Below, in pieces: positions 30,364 to 40,317 of a stretch of DNA of 64,000 bases (position 1 is its first letter; the number at the start of each line of letters is the position of its first letter). The notes under the pieces were generated by a model. That model saw nothing but the letters and a program-made list of their open reading frames with translations, ran no database searches and had not been told where the DNA came from. The stretch lies in contig CAXVYR010000003.1 in NCBI GenBank assembly GCA_963666975.2, forward strand, positions 608,001 through 672,000. The letters are read 5' to 3'. The DNA is from Terriglobia bacterium. Lineage in GTDB: Bacteria; Acidobacteriota; Terriglobia; 2-12-FULL-54-10. Made by a program: the position numbers and the translations under genes.

Positions 30364-31781
30364 GAAGGTGTCCCAAACTCAGTTGCAGGTTGGGACGGCG
30401 GGTTGAGTTCATATTACGCCACTTTCTCCTTGTGAGAGGAAGCAGCGTTTGGACTTCGGCCGAGAATCGATGCCAAAGCCCAGAGATCGTGATAACCCAT
30501 GATCTTCCGGAAATTCTTCTCGGTCAGCAGAAACGCTCCTGCCACCCAGCGCAACGTCATCTCGCCGTCGCGCCAGCGGCAAACATTGCCAGTCTTTTTC
30601 CGCACGCCCGACTGCGGGCTCTCGATGAGGTTCGTGGTTGCCAGGCAGCGGTGGAGGCTGGGAGGAACGTCGGCTCGATTGATCGTAAAGGTCTCCTCCA
30701 ACCCTTCGCGCAAGCTGGCGGCTGCTGCCGGATGATCGCACTCGATCATCCCAGCGAGCTTTTTTATGCGCACGATGCCTTCCTCGGCTTGGGGCAATCG
30801 CCAGGCGGCGCGCATCAGCGACCGCACCTGATTCGCCAGCATTTTGTCGCCCTTTGGTAACCGCTCAGCCACGTTGCGCAGCTTATGAGTACGGCAACGC
30901 TGCACCAGCTGATTGCTGCCGAATACTTCCTCGATCCCCGCGCGGAGCGCTTTGGCGCCGTCGATCACAAACAGATAGCGCTGATCCGTGCGCAAACCTT
31001 GCTGGCGCAGGCGGGTGAGAAGGTCTTTCACCGCAGCGGCGTTTTCGGTCGCGCCCAGTTGAATCCCCAGCACATGCTTGCGGCCCTCGATGTCCACGCC
31101 CACGGCGCTGATGACGTGGTGGGAGCCGAACCGCATTCCGTCCAGGTAAATCACCAGAATCTCGACCTCCTCCCAGCGCCGCGCCAACAGTTCTTCCAGC
31201 CGCCGCGCTCCTTGCTCGGCCGCTTCCCGGCTCACCTGAGACTTCGACACCCCAGCGCTGTTGGCCATCTCCGGGATCACCTCGCGGTAGTTCCGCGTCG
31301 AAACCCCTTTCAACAGTGCCTCGAACATCTCCTCGCCCGTCTTCTCGCTTTTCCGCAGTGCTTCGTAGGCCGGCACCGCTTCTTCCCCTCCGCCCTTCCG
31401 GCGCAGCCGGGGCCGCTCCACCCGCAGCTGGCGATCGGCCAGTTTCACCCTCCCCAATTGCCGGCCATGCCAGCGCACCTCTCCGCTCGCCTTCCCGGGA
31501 CTCTTTGGCCCCGCGATTTGCTCTGCGCTCATGCTCAGAATCGTTTCAATCAAACCTCGCCCGGCCCGATCAATCACCTCATCCACCGCCAGACGCGCCT
31601 CCGTGATCAGATCCACCACCGGCAACAGCATCTGTCCGTTGGTTTGGCAAAACTTCTGGATGGTTTCTTCGGCTCCCTTGGAACCCAGTTCCAAAACGTG
31701 ATATTTTCCCTTCATTCGGCGGTTCTCCTTCTATAGGATTTAGGCTTGGCCCGATTCTATTCGATTCGGGCCGAACCGCCG
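30364..31781 (-). mobile_element. IS256-family element copy 3, missing ~31 bp of its left TIR
   Basis: Right TIR at 30364; sequence stops at ...gaaccgccg; no 8-bp TSD. Confidence 0.95.
30414..31715 (-). CDS. IS256 transposase
   Basis: 433 aa; two amino acid substitutions relative to copy 1. Confidence 0.96.
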   Translation of the reverse strand: MKGKYHVLELGSKGAEETIQKFCQTNGQMLLPVVDLITEARLAVDEVIDRAGRGLIETILSMSAEQIAGPKSPGKASGEVRWHGRQLGRVKLADRQLRVERPRLRRKGGGEEAVPAYEALRKSEKTGEEMFEALLKGVSTRNYREVIPEMANSAGVSKSQVSREAAEQGARRLEELLARRWEEVEILVIYLDGMRFGSHHVISAVGVDIEGRKHVLGIQLGATENAAAVKDLLTRLRQQGLRTDQRYLFVIDGAKALRAGIEEVFGSNQLVQRCRTHKLRNVAERLPKGDKMLANQVRSLMRAAWRLPQAEEGIVRIKKLAGMIECDHPAAAASLREGLEETFTINRADVPPSLHRCLATTNLIESPQSGVRKKTGNVCRWRDGEMTLRWVAGAFLLTEKNFRKIMGYHDLWALASILGRSPNAASSHKEKVA

Positions 31782-31871
31782 GAAACAAAACTGCCCACTC
31801 CCTCGGTAGGCAGGATTCAAGGCCATTACATGGGAGGTTTATATCTATGAGTTCATTTACCGGGAATACAT
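31781..31871 (+). repeat. 91-bp direct repeat, copy B
   Basis: Identical to 30269-30359; carries the RBS and first codons of the 31847 gene. Confidence 0.95.
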
Positions 31872-32239
31872 TTTCAGGACAGGCGAGAACCTTCGCTGTT
31901 CAGCCAGAGACGCTCGTATCTCTGGAAGAGAAACTTCGCCACCGGATTTGTCCCGTGTGCGTTGATCGAGATGTAGATGGGACATGCAGCCGGGACGAGC
32001 GGGGAGATTGCTTTCTATTTGCGAACTTCCCTGCGATTGTCCAGGCCATCGGACGGACCCGGAGCGAGAAAATCGACGACTACGTTGTCTCCATCCGGGA
32101 AAATATCTGTGCCACATGCTCCAATCAGGACAATGAGGGAGTCTGCCAGGTGAGAGAGCAGGTCCGCTGCGTTCCGGACCGCTATCTGCTGTTGATTGTG
32201 GAGGCCATTGAAGAGGCTGGGACAGGGACGCTCCGGTAA
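31847..32239 (+). CDS. Cys-rich hypothetical protein with two Cx2Cx8Cx7C motifs
   Basis: GGAGG RBS; internal duplication of the four-Cys motif. Confidence 0.75.
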   Translation: MSSFTGNTFSGQARTFAVQPETLVSLEEKLRHRICPVCVDRDVDGTCSRDERGDCFLFANFPAIVQAIGRTRSEKIDDYVVSIRENICATCSNQDNEGVCQVREQVRCVPDRYLLLIVEAIEEAGTGTLR

Positions 32240-32324
32240 CCAAGAACCTGGAAACCGTTATAGCGAGAGCTGTTTTGCTTCTCTAGCGTTTATCTACTCG
32301 CTTGGCGGAGTGGAACCCCTGGAA

Positions 32325-33299
32325 CTATCCCCGGCGGGACCGGGTCCCATCGCCTCCGTTCAGACCGGAGGAATCTTCCCAGAAACGATGTCCGGTTCGG
32401 CGGATAAAAACGTCTTCCAGCGTAGGCTTCGCCAGCATCACCGATTGAATCTCTCCCGGAAATGCCTCCACCAGTTGGGGGATGAACTCGTGCCCGCGCG
32501 GGTGCTCGAACCGCACCTTCCCGTCGAGGACCGCAGCGTCCACATCGAACCTCCGGCAAAGTTGTTCCCTCAGCTTCTCCGGCTCACGGGCATCCATGAG
32601 GATGACCTGCTCCCCGACTTCCTTCTTCAGAGCGTCGGGCGAGCCGGAAGCGACCAGCGCCCCCTGGTGGAGAATGGCGAGATGGTCACACTCATCGGCC
32701 TCTTCCAGTATGTGCGTAGTCAGCAGCACGGTCACTCCGTCGCTTCTGCGCAACTCGCTCAAATAATCCCACAGGTCGCGGCGCGCGCCGGGGTCGAGCC
32801 CCGTGCTGGGTTCGTCTAAAAGCAGCAGGTCCGGCTGATGCAGCAGCCCTTTCGCCAATTCAACCCGGCGGCGAAGCCCTCCGGATAGCGTTTCCACCAG
32901 TTGATTCCGCCGGTCAGCCATCCCGAGGCGGTCCAAGGCCTGCTCGATTCGTTCCCGCAGCTTGCTTCCGCGCAAACCGTACAGATGCCCCTGGTGTCGA
33001 AGGTTTTCCGCCGGTGTGAGCTTGCCGTCCAAGTTTTGCGACTGAAAGACGACTCCTATTTTCTTTCGCACTTCGCGGGACTCGCTGACCACATCCAAAC
33101 CGAGGATGCTGGCCCTCCCGGCAGTGGGCAGCAGCAGCGTGGAAAGGATGCGGAAGAGGGTGGTCTTGCCACCACCGTTCGGACCCAAGAGCCCGAACAT
33201 CTCTCCTCTCCGGACTGTAAACGACACCTCTGCCAGGGCCTTCTGCGTCCCGTAAAAGTGCGTTAAGCCGGCAATTTCGACGGCGTCTGTGATGGCCAT
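32325..33299 (-). CDS. ABC transporter ATP-binding protein (DrrA-like)
   Basis: GPNGGGKTT, LSGGLRRR, LDEPSTGLDP, TLEDVF. Confidence 0.93.
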   Translation of the reverse strand: MAITDAVEIAGLTHFYGTQKALAEVSFTVRRGEMFGLLGPNGGGKTTLFRILSTLLLPTAGRASILGLDVVSESREVRKKIGVVFQSQNLDGKLTPAENLRHQGHLYGLRGSKLRERIEQALDRLGMADRRNQLVETLSGGLRRRVELAKGLLHQPDLLLLDEPSTGLDPGARRDLWDYLSELRRSDGVTVLLTTHILEEADECDHLAILHQGALVASGSPDALKKEVGEQVILMDAREPEKLREQLCRRFDVDAAVLDGKVRFEHPRGHEFIPQLVEAFPGEIQSVMLAKPTLEDVFIRRTGHRFWEDSSGLNGGDGTRSRRG

Positions 33300-33441
33300 A
33301 CTGATTCCCTGCTGTTAGTGTACTGGATTCGGATTCGGAAGGCGATCCAATAGGCCCGTGTGAAGGAGGATATCCGTTTTGAAAAACGCTTCCTGGAGCC
33401 GCCTCGGGGCAACACCCTTCCATCTCGGCGGCGCACGCCGC

Positions 33442-34362
33442 TTACAGCGCTATTTTGTCGACCATCAGCAGGACGTAAACCAGCGGCAAATAAAGCACCG
33501 ATGCCTGCAACAGCCGCCTGGCCTGCATGGTGGACTTCACTACTGCAACGCGGACACCGAAGTGCAGGTACGCCAATCCAAGAATGAGCGCCCCCCACAA
33601 GTAGAGACCGCCGGTAAACCCGGCCAGCGACGGAAGCAAGCTGATGGGGATCAAGGCTGCGGAGTACAGGATGATTTGCCGCCCGGTCGTTTTTCCGTCC
33701 GGTTCAACCACCGGCCACATGGCAATCCCACCCCGTGCGTAGTCTTCCCGGTACATCCAGGCAATGGCCAGAAAGTGAGGAAACTGCCAAAGAAACAGCA
33801 TCAAGTACAGGATGCACGCCAGCAAGGAGATATCTCCCCGCGCCGCCACCCATCCGATCAGCGGAGGAATAGCGCCCGGAAATGCGCCGACCAGAGTGCA
33901 GTGCGGAGTTCTCGTTTTCAGCGGAGTATAGAGGAACAGATAGCTGCCCAAAGTCAGCGCGGCCAGCAGGCTCGCAAGAAGGTTCGTCAGCCAGGCCAGC
34001 AAAACAATGCCGGCGAGCGACAGGGCGATCCCGAAACACAGCGCTTTCCAAGGCAGCATCCGGCCCGCGGGCAGCGGGCGATCCTTTGTACGCAGCATTT
34101 TTCCATCGCCGTTGCGTTCCCAGTATTGGTTCAACGCGGCGGTTCCGCTGGCCGCAAGCGCAGTGCCGAGCAAGGTAGCAGCCAGCAACGGAAGGCTCAA
34201 ACTCCCGACAGAGCCCAGGTAGAAGCCGACACAAGTGGACATGAGAATTAACAGAGTCACCCGAGGTTTGGTGAGTTCCATGTAATCTGCCAACGGGGAA
34301 CGGCTAACTGCTAGAGCCGGAGACGGAAGTACTGATTTGACTGCTGCCGCGCCCGAATTCAT
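33442..34362 (-). CDS. ctaB: Protoheme IX farnesyltransferase (heme O synthase)
   Basis: LTKPRV, M.RTKDRPLP, YTPLK, GA.PGA.PPLIGW, WQFPHF, YREDY. Confidence 0.96.
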   Translation of the reverse strand: MNSGAAAVKSVLPSPALAVSRSPLADYMELTKPRVTLLILMSTCVGFYLGSVGSLSLPLLAATLLGTALAASGTAALNQYWERNGDGKMLRTKDRPLPAGRMLPWKALCFGIALSLAGIVLLAWLTNLLASLLAALTLGSYLFLYTPLKTRTPHCTLVGAFPGAIPPLIGWVAARGDISLLACILYLMLFLWQFPHFLAIAWMYREDYARGGIAMWPVVEPDGKTTGRQIILYSAALIPISLLPSLAGFTGGLYLWGALILGLAYLHFGVRVAVVKSTMQARRLLQASVLYLPLVYVLLMVDKIAL

Positions 34363-35297
34363 GCCAGTGTCTCCTCCAGAGTCTTTGGGACAGAAATCGT
34401 GCTTCCCGAAAGCGTCAGCCTTCGATAAGACTGCAAGGTCAACAGCAAGCTGACGCCGAGCAGCAACGCGCCAACCGCCACGTGTGCCGTGGTGATCCAC
34501 ACCGTGGAAAGCTGCGGCTGAACCGCATCCCGTGTCACCAGCCGGATCCAATAGGAGCCGGCTCCCAGGGTCAGTTGCAGGAGCACGATCGCTCCTGCAG
34601 CCAGGGCCAGGCGCAACAGAGTTCCCTGCCCTGACAGCTTCCCCAAAGCCCGGTGGGCCATCCAAAGAATCAGCACGGCGACTATCCCCGCGCCGATCAG
34701 ATGCGGGGCTATGCCTAATCCGTTATGCCGCAAGGCCGCTCCCAGCGCCAGTTGAACAAAGACCGCCACGGTTGCTGCGAGAGTCAAATGGCGAAAATGC
34801 GGAGTATCCTTGTCCCCTGCGTCCCCTGCGTTCTCTGCAGGTTCCAGCGGCGAGTTCCACCCGCGGCTGGTAAATAGCGCCAAGCTCAGAGTCATACAGA
34901 AGAAAAGTTGCGCCAAGCAGGCATGGCTTACCGAGATGGGAGTGGGCAACAGGTAAATTACCGTCAGTCCGCCCAGAATTCCTTGTGCAATGACAGCGCC
35001 TAACGCCACAAAACCCAGCCGCCGGACCCATCTTCGCGGCTCCCTGCGCCATAGCCAGAGGGCCAGTACCGTCATCAAAAAGCCAACCGAGGTGGCTATC
35101 ATGCGGTGGCCGTGCTCGTAAAAGACCCCGCCCTCCATCGGAGGCATCAACATCCCATACGAGAGCGGCCAGTCGGGAACTGCCAGTCCGGCTTCGTTTC
35201 CAACCACCAAGCCGCCAGCGATGATTAGCAGGAACGTTCCACATGCTGTCAGCACGGCAAAGCGGTGAAGCCAAATGGACTCTCCGGGAGCATTCAT
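34359..35297 (-). CDS. ctaA: Heme A synthase (COX15/CtaA)
   Basis: AGLAVPDWP, EHGHR, QGILGGLTV, conserved His in TM helices. Confidence 0.9.
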   Translation of the reverse strand: MNAPGESIWLHRFAVLTACGTFLLIIAGGLVVGNEAGLAVPDWPLSYGMLMPPMEGGVFYEHGHRMIATSVGFLMTVLALWLWRREPRRWVRRLGFVALGAVIAQGILGGLTVIYLLPTPISVSHACLAQLFFCMTLSLALFTSRGWNSPLEPAENAGDAGDKDTPHFRHLTLAATVAVFVQLALGAALRHNGLGIAPHLIGAGIVAVLILWMAHRALGKLSGQGTLLRLALAAGAIVLLQLTLGAGSYWIRLVTRDAVQPQLSTVWITTAHVAVGALLLGVSLLLTLQSYRRLTLSGSTISVPKTLEETLA

Positions 35298-35470
35298 GCT
35301 GCATCTCCAGCAACCAAAGCGTACAGGGTGGAACCCGCCACGGGTAAGCCACCATACGGCTCGCGAATAACAAACGAGGATTGTAAGGGGGAACCATCGC
35401 GATGGCAAGCGAGCGGCTCCCCCTTGTCCCGCCGTTTTGCAAAGCGAACTGCTTTTGCTTGCGAGTCGCT

Positions 35471-36259
35471 TTAGCTGGAAAAGGTGAACTCAATCTCTTT
35501 TGTTTCCTTCTCCCCGACCGTCACCGTCTGCTCGGCAGTGCCGTACTTTTCATGCCAAGCCTCAATCGTATAATCACCCGGCGGCAAGCCTTCTAAGCTG
35601 AACGCGCCGTCGGTTCCGGTAACGGCGAAGAACGGGTGCCGCAGGACTCCGATGTAGGCCTTCATCCAGGGGTGGACGTTGCACTTGACCGGCAGCATCA
35701 CCTCCGCCCGGGGAAACTGCTCCGTCAGGGCCTCAGTTCCCGGGGGCTGCGATTTGTTCCATTCCCGGTTTTGTTCCGGCATCGGATGGATGTTATGGTT
35801 GGTGGGATCGCTGTTCATGATGTGCAGCGTTTGTCCCGCCATGACCCCCAGGACGTGGGGATGATAGACGCAACCATTTTGGTCCAAGTGAACCAGTTGC
35901 TCGGGAACGTCGAAAGCCCGGTTCCCCAGCCCTTCTTTGACGTAAACGAAGACATTCTGTAGCGTCCCGTTGTCGTTTACGAGCACCTCTTCGCTGTAGA
36001 CGGGGTCTGGGTTTGATTCCGTACAGGCCGGCACGGCGTCCATGCGGATGCGAACCATTCGGGGAGCCTCCCCTTCAAAAGCCACTGAGCCGGTGATCGC
36101 TCCCACGGTTTCCGGATCGATAGGCTCGGCCGGGGGACCTGCCGGAGCCTCATCCATGGCGGCTTCCTCTTGCATCGAGGGTGCTTCACCGCTTCCGCAC
36201 GCAGCCAAGGTCAGTAGCAATAAAAGTGAAACGAGCCAACTCCATTTCAATCGAATCAT
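35471..36259 (-). CDS. Lipoprotein with cupredoxin-like and carboxypeptidase-regulatory-like domains
   Basis: Lipobox LAAC; HNIH and CNVHPWM; LPPGDYTIEAWHE. Confidence 0.8.
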   Translation of the reverse strand: MIRLKWSWLVSLLLLLTLAACGSGEAPSMQEEAAMDEAPAGPPAEPIDPETVGAITGSVAFEGEAPRMVRIRMDAVPACTESNPDPVYSEEVLVNDNGTLQNVFVYVKEGLGNRAFDVPEQLVHLDQNGCVYHPHVLGVMAGQTLHIMNSDPTNHNIHPMPEQNREWNKSQPPGTEALTEQFPRAEVMLPVKCNVHPWMKAYIGVLRHPFFAVTGTDGAFSLEGLPPGDYTIEAWHEKYGTAEQTVTVGEKETKEIEFTFSS

Positions 36260-36399
36260 GTCGTTATACCTTCTTTGTTCCAAAAATACGCAGGGACATT
36301 TACCCATTGCGTTGCAGCGAGTCTGCATGCAGCGGTATTCCATCCGCCAGCGAGCCCTTATTTATGGGAGCAACATATTATCTGTTTCCAACCATAAAT

Positions 36400-36780
36400 T
36401 CAAGGCCCGCCGAACGGAACGGCATGCGTGGAAGGCGATGAATAGGAGTCATTTGCTGCTTCCGGTACCCCCGGAATACGGTTCTCCGGAAGGGTTGGTT
36501 TTGGAGGAGTTGGATATAGCGGAAGGAAGTCCGAATTGCTGGTTGCGGCCGCCGATTGGATGCCCGATTGGGCTTTGACAATCAACAAAGCAGCCAACCC
36601 GGTTACAAGGAACGGCGCACCCAGCAGGAACAAGATGCCGTTGTTCATGCCGCTTGCCAGTTGTTGCCCCTCGGGCGAGTTGGCCAGGGCTGTCTGGCAC
36701 ATTGCGCAGTAGGCGAAGGCAGCCTCGGAGGCAGCCAGCCAAGCTGTCATGGCAAATGCTGTCTGTTTGATCCACTTCAT
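36400..36780 (-). CDS. Small membrane protein with CxxC (CAMC), oxidase-associated
   Basis: Signal peptide, CAMC, MNNGILFLL..P TM segment. Confidence 0.7.
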   Translation of the reverse strand: MKWIKQTAFAMTAWLAASEAAFAYCAMCQTALANSPEGQQLASGMNNGILFLLGAPFLVTGLAALLIVKAQSGIQSAAATSNSDFLPLYPTPPKPTLPENRIPGVPEAANDSYSSPSTHAVPFGGP

Positions 36781-36802
36781 GCGCTTCGCCTGCCTTTCCC
36801 GC

Positions 36803-37108
36803 TCAATTGAATGACAGCCTGAGAATCCGAAGGCCGTCAAAGGCAATCACCCCAAAGAGAATAGCTGCGGTGGCCAGGATCCCGGCAGCAACCATCACCA
36901 CAAGGCTTAACTTTTCGAAGCGAAGATGCATGAAATGCGCCCCGATCAAGGAGGCCTTCACCAGCATCGCCGCCAGGAGGAATGCGATCAGGATTCCTTT
37001 GGGAAGAGCCACAAACTCCGTGCCCAGCATCAGCAGCGTGAGCAGGAGCAAGAAGGCCCAAGTGCCCCAGTAGAATTTGTATCCAGGTTTTGGAAGTTCG
37101 TTTGCCAT
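36803..37108 (-). CDS. ctaF: Cytochrome c oxidase subunit IV family protein
   Basis: Three TM segments, KA.LI..HFMHLRFE. Confidence 0.85.
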   Translation of the reverse strand: MANELPKPGYKFYWGTWAFLLLLTLLMLGTEFVALPKGILIAFLLAAMLVKASLIGAHFMHLRFEKLSLVVMVAAGILATAAILFGVIAFDGLRILRLSFN

Positions 37109-37154
37109 GATTCCCTCTCCGTGCGGCTCACAGGACCGCTATTCCATCAACTTC

Positions 37155-37775
37155 TCAGATTAAATAAAAGAATGTGAAGATGAAGACCCAAACCAGGTCC
37201 ACAAAATGCCAGTAGAGCCCCACCAGTTCCACCCCCTCCGCTGTAGCGCGTCCCGTGACCGACCGCAGTGTGATGATGATGAGCAGGGTGACACCGCTGA
37301 GCACATGCGTTCCGTGAAAACCGGTAATCACAAAAAATGCTGCGCCAAATAGCGGCACTCCCCAGGGGTTCTCTCCCAGCCGCGCGCCTTCGCCGATCAG
37401 CGTGGCCCATTCGTAGGCTTGCATGGACAGGAAGCACAACCCGCCCAAAATCGTCAGCAGGAGAGACCGGATGAGCCACTTGCGGTGGTTTCGTTCCGCA
37501 GCCGCTACGGCCGTGGCCATCGTGGCGCTGCTCGAAATCAGAATGAAAGTCATGATCCCGATCAGTTCCAGGTGGAAGACCTCCGCTGGATTCGGCCATT
37601 GAGGGCTGGCCAGCCGCACAAAACCGTACCCGGCAAGGAAGCCGGCAAACAGGAGCGCGTCGGTGACGATGAAGATCCACATCATCAGCTTGCGCCAACT
37701 AACCGCAAAGGGCGAAACGCCGCCGCCCCAGTTCGATTCGGCCATTCCTACTGTTTGCGCTTCTGCCATCCGCAT
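37155..37775 (-). CDS. ctaE: Cytochrome c oxidase subunit III
   Basis: WIFIVTD, TGFHGTHV, GLYWHFVDLVW. Confidence 0.93.
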   Translation of the reverse strand: MRMAEAQTVGMAESNWGGGVSPFAVSWRKLMMWIFIVTDALLFAGFLAGYGFVRLASPQWPNPAEVFHLELIGIMTFILISSSATMATAVAAAERNHRKWLIRSLLLTILGGLCFLSMQAYEWATLIGEGARLGENPWGVPLFGAAFFVITGFHGTHVLSGVTLLIIITLRSVTGRATAEGVELVGLYWHFVDLVWVFIFTFFYLI

Positions 37776-37814
37776 TCCCTCTCTTTTTTCTTTTCTCTTT
37801 ATTTTCTCGTGCAG

Positions 37815-38408
37815 CTATTTCCAAACGAACAGCAACAAAAAAAGAAATACCCAAATTCCCCTCACAAAATGCCAGTAGGTGGCGCAAAGACGAAACGGAT
37901 GTTTCGGTCCTGCTGGCGCTTGCCAGCTCCGTTGGAGCACATACAGCAGTCCGAACACTCCGCCCAGAAGGTGAACCCCGTGCACTGCGGTGAGCATGTA
38001 AAAAAATGAGCTGTGCGGACTGGTCGGCACGTAGATGCCCCGTGCGGCGAGCTGCTGCCAGGCAACGATCTGGCCGATGAGAAAGGCCAGCCCCAGCAGG
38101 GTCGTCGCGGAGTGCCAAAGTTTGAAAGCGGTGCTTTGATGACGATGCATCGCCTCCCGGGCGATCTCCAGCGTCATGCTGCTCGCCAGCAGCAGCACGG
38201 TGTTGAAGCAGAGGACGCTGGGCGAGAGAATCGACTGCCAATCCGATCCTGCACGGCGGACCAGGTAGGCGCTCGTGAAGCCGGCAAACAGCATGGTGAC
38301 CGTAGCCAGCAACGCCCAGAGTCCCAGCTGAGCGGAGTTGGCTGCCACGGCCCCTGTACGGCCATCGCCACTGTTTCCGCCACCCAATCCGAATTCCGCA
38401 ACACTCAT
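37815..38408 (-). CDS. Second subunit III-like protein
   Basis: MLFAGFTSAY, FFYMLT.VHGVH, YWHFV. Confidence 0.88.
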   Translation of the reverse strand: MSVAEFGLGGGNSGDGRTGAVAANSAQLGLWALLATVTMLFAGFTSAYLVRRAGSDWQSILSPSVLCFNTVLLLASSMTLEIAREAMHRHQSTAFKLWHSATTLLGLAFLIGQIVAWQQLAARGIYVPTSPHSSFFYMLTAVHGVHLLGGVFGLLYVLQRSWQAPAGPKHPFRLCATYWHFVRGIWVFLFLLLFVWK

Positions 38409-38479
38409 TCTGACTCCCGGCATTCTGTTTTGTTTTCCTCTCGCCACTTCCTCATACATTGCTCCGCTGCGAGACTGGA

Positions 38480-40246
38480 TTACTGCGTGACCCCGCCTGT
38501 GCCCGGAGGCGTCGTCTGCGGAGTGTAATCCTGGGGGTCTCCCAGCAGGCTGTATTCATAGGCCCAGCGATGGACCGTCGGAACACTCGCTCCCCAGTTG
38601 CCGTGCGGCGGCGGGGAAGGCGCCTCCCATTCCAGCGTAGTGGCCTTCCAGGGGTTCTTTTCCGCCTGGGGTCCCTTCCACAGGCTCCAGAAAAAGTTGA
38701 ACAGGAACAGGAACTGAACGGCTCCGAGAACGCAGATCGTGATGAACACATTCACGCCTTGGAATTCTTGCAAGAACTGGAATTCGGTAAAGGCGTAATA
38801 GCGGCGCGGCATCCCCCCGAGCCCAAGAAAGTGCATGCCGAAGAAGACGATGTAAAACGGAATCAAGGTAAGCCAGAAGTGCACTTTGCCCAGTTTCTCG
38901 CTCAGCATCCGGCCAAACATCTTGGGGAACCAGTAGTAGGTGCCTGCAAAGAGGCCGAACAGGGTCACGCCGCCGATCATGAAGTGGAAGTGGCCGACGA
39001 CGAAATAGCTGTCGTGAAGAAAAATATCCGAGGTCGCTGTGCCCAGGAAGATGCCGCCCAGCCCGCCTGCTCCAAACAGCGCCAGGACTCCCAGGGCGAA
39101 CAGCATTGCCGTCGTGAAGCGGAAACTCCCTCCCCAGAGGCTCGCCAGCAGATTCACGCCCACAATCGCCGAAGGGATGGTGATGAGCATGGTCCCGATC
39201 GAGAAGAACTCGCCGACATAAGGGCTCATCCCGCTGACAAACATGTGATGTCCCCAAACGATCATGCTTAAACTTCCTATCGTCAAGAAGGAATACACCG
39301 TCATGCGATAGCCGAAAATGGGTTTTCGGGTGGAGGGTGCCAGGACATCGAAAGCGATGCCCAGGGCGGGCAGAAGCAAAACGTAGACTTCCGGGTGGCC
39401 GAGGAACCAGAACAGGTGCTGCCACAGCAGCGGTGTGCCCCCTGCGTTCGGCAACAGGGTATTCCCGAAAAATAATCCTGCGGGCAAAAAGAAACTGGAC
39501 CCGCCGTGACGGTCAAAGAGCAACATGACAGCCGCAGCCGTAAGAGGAGGAAAAGCCAGCAGGCCGAGGATGGTGGCGAGAAGCAGGGACCAGACGGTCA
39601 TGGGAAGGCGCATCATGGACATTCCCTTGGCGCGCAGGTTCAGGATTGTGGTGAAGTAGTTCAGCCCGCCCATCGTAAACGAAACGATGAACAACGCCAT
39701 TCCCAGAATCCAAAACGTCTGCCCCATTCCGGAGCCCGGAATCGCCTGCTCGACGGCGCTCAGCGGCGGATAAGCCGTCCAGCCGGACGCCGCCGCCCCG
39801 TTTTCCAAAAAAAAGGAAGCCAGCATAATGAGCGTGGCCGGCACGACCACCCAACAGGAAAGCATGTTCAGGAACGGAAAGGCCATGTCCCGCGCCCCGA
39901 TTTGGAGCGGGATCAGGTAGTTGCCAAAGCCGCCGATCAGGGCAAAAGAGATGACAAAGAAAACCATCAGCGTGCCGTGCATGGTCACCAGCGAGAGGTA
40001 GAACTCCGGTTTCATTACTCCGCTTTCCATCCCGCCTGGAAACAGCTTTCCCAACAGTGGCCACTGTGCAGCCGGCCAAGCCAGTTGCAGGCGCATCAGC
40101 ATCGCCAAAAGCCCGGCGACAATGGCGACGAACATCGCGGTCAGAAAATACTGGATGCCGACGACTTTATGGTCCGTGCTAAATACGTAGCGGCGAATAA
40201 AACTCTGCGGCGCATGGCCGGCGTCGGCGCTCGTCACTTCAGCCAT
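38480..40246 (-). CDS. ctaD: Heme-copper oxidase subunit I, type A1
   Basis: STDHK, MHGT, GHPEVY, WGHHM, VVGHFH, GMPRRY. Confidence 0.97.
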   Translation of the reverse strand: MAEVTSADAGHAPQSFIRRYVFSTDHKVVGIQYFLTAMFVAIVAGLLAMLMRLQLAWPAAQWPLLGKLFPGGMESGVMKPEFYLSLVTMHGTLMVFFVISFALIGGFGNYLIPLQIGARDMAFPFLNMLSCWVVVPATLIMLASFFLENGAAASGWTAYPPLSAVEQAIPGSGMGQTFWILGMALFIVSFTMGGLNYFTTILNLRAKGMSMMRLPMTVWSLLLATILGLLAFPPLTAAAVMLLFDRHGGSSFFLPAGLFFGNTLLPNAGGTPLLWQHLFWFLGHPEVYVLLLPALGIAFDVLAPSTRKPIFGYRMTVYSFLTIGSLSMIVWGHHMFVSGMSPYVGEFFSIGTMLITIPSAIVGVNLLASLWGGSFRFTTAMLFALGVLALFGAGGLGGIFLGTATSDIFLHDSYFVVGHFHFMIGGVTLFGLFAGTYYWFPKMFGRMLSEKLGKVHFWLTLIPFYIVFFGMHFLGLGGMPRRYYAFTEFQFLQEFQGVNVFITICVLGAVQFLFLFNFFWSLWKGPQAEKNPWKATTLEWEAPSPPPHGNWGASVPTVHRWAYEYSLLGDPQDYTPQTTPPGTGGVTQ

Positions 40247-40317
40247 TCTTCAATCCTCCTGAATCAAGCCCGTATGCCGATAGGGACAGGTTGGGCGGCA
40301 ATCAGCAAATCAACTCG

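Noticed and set aside
27350-31781. IS copies 2 and 3 as a composite transposon carrying the ABC permease
   Set aside because: Copy 2 has its own TSD and copy 3 lacks its outer end, so these are independent events.
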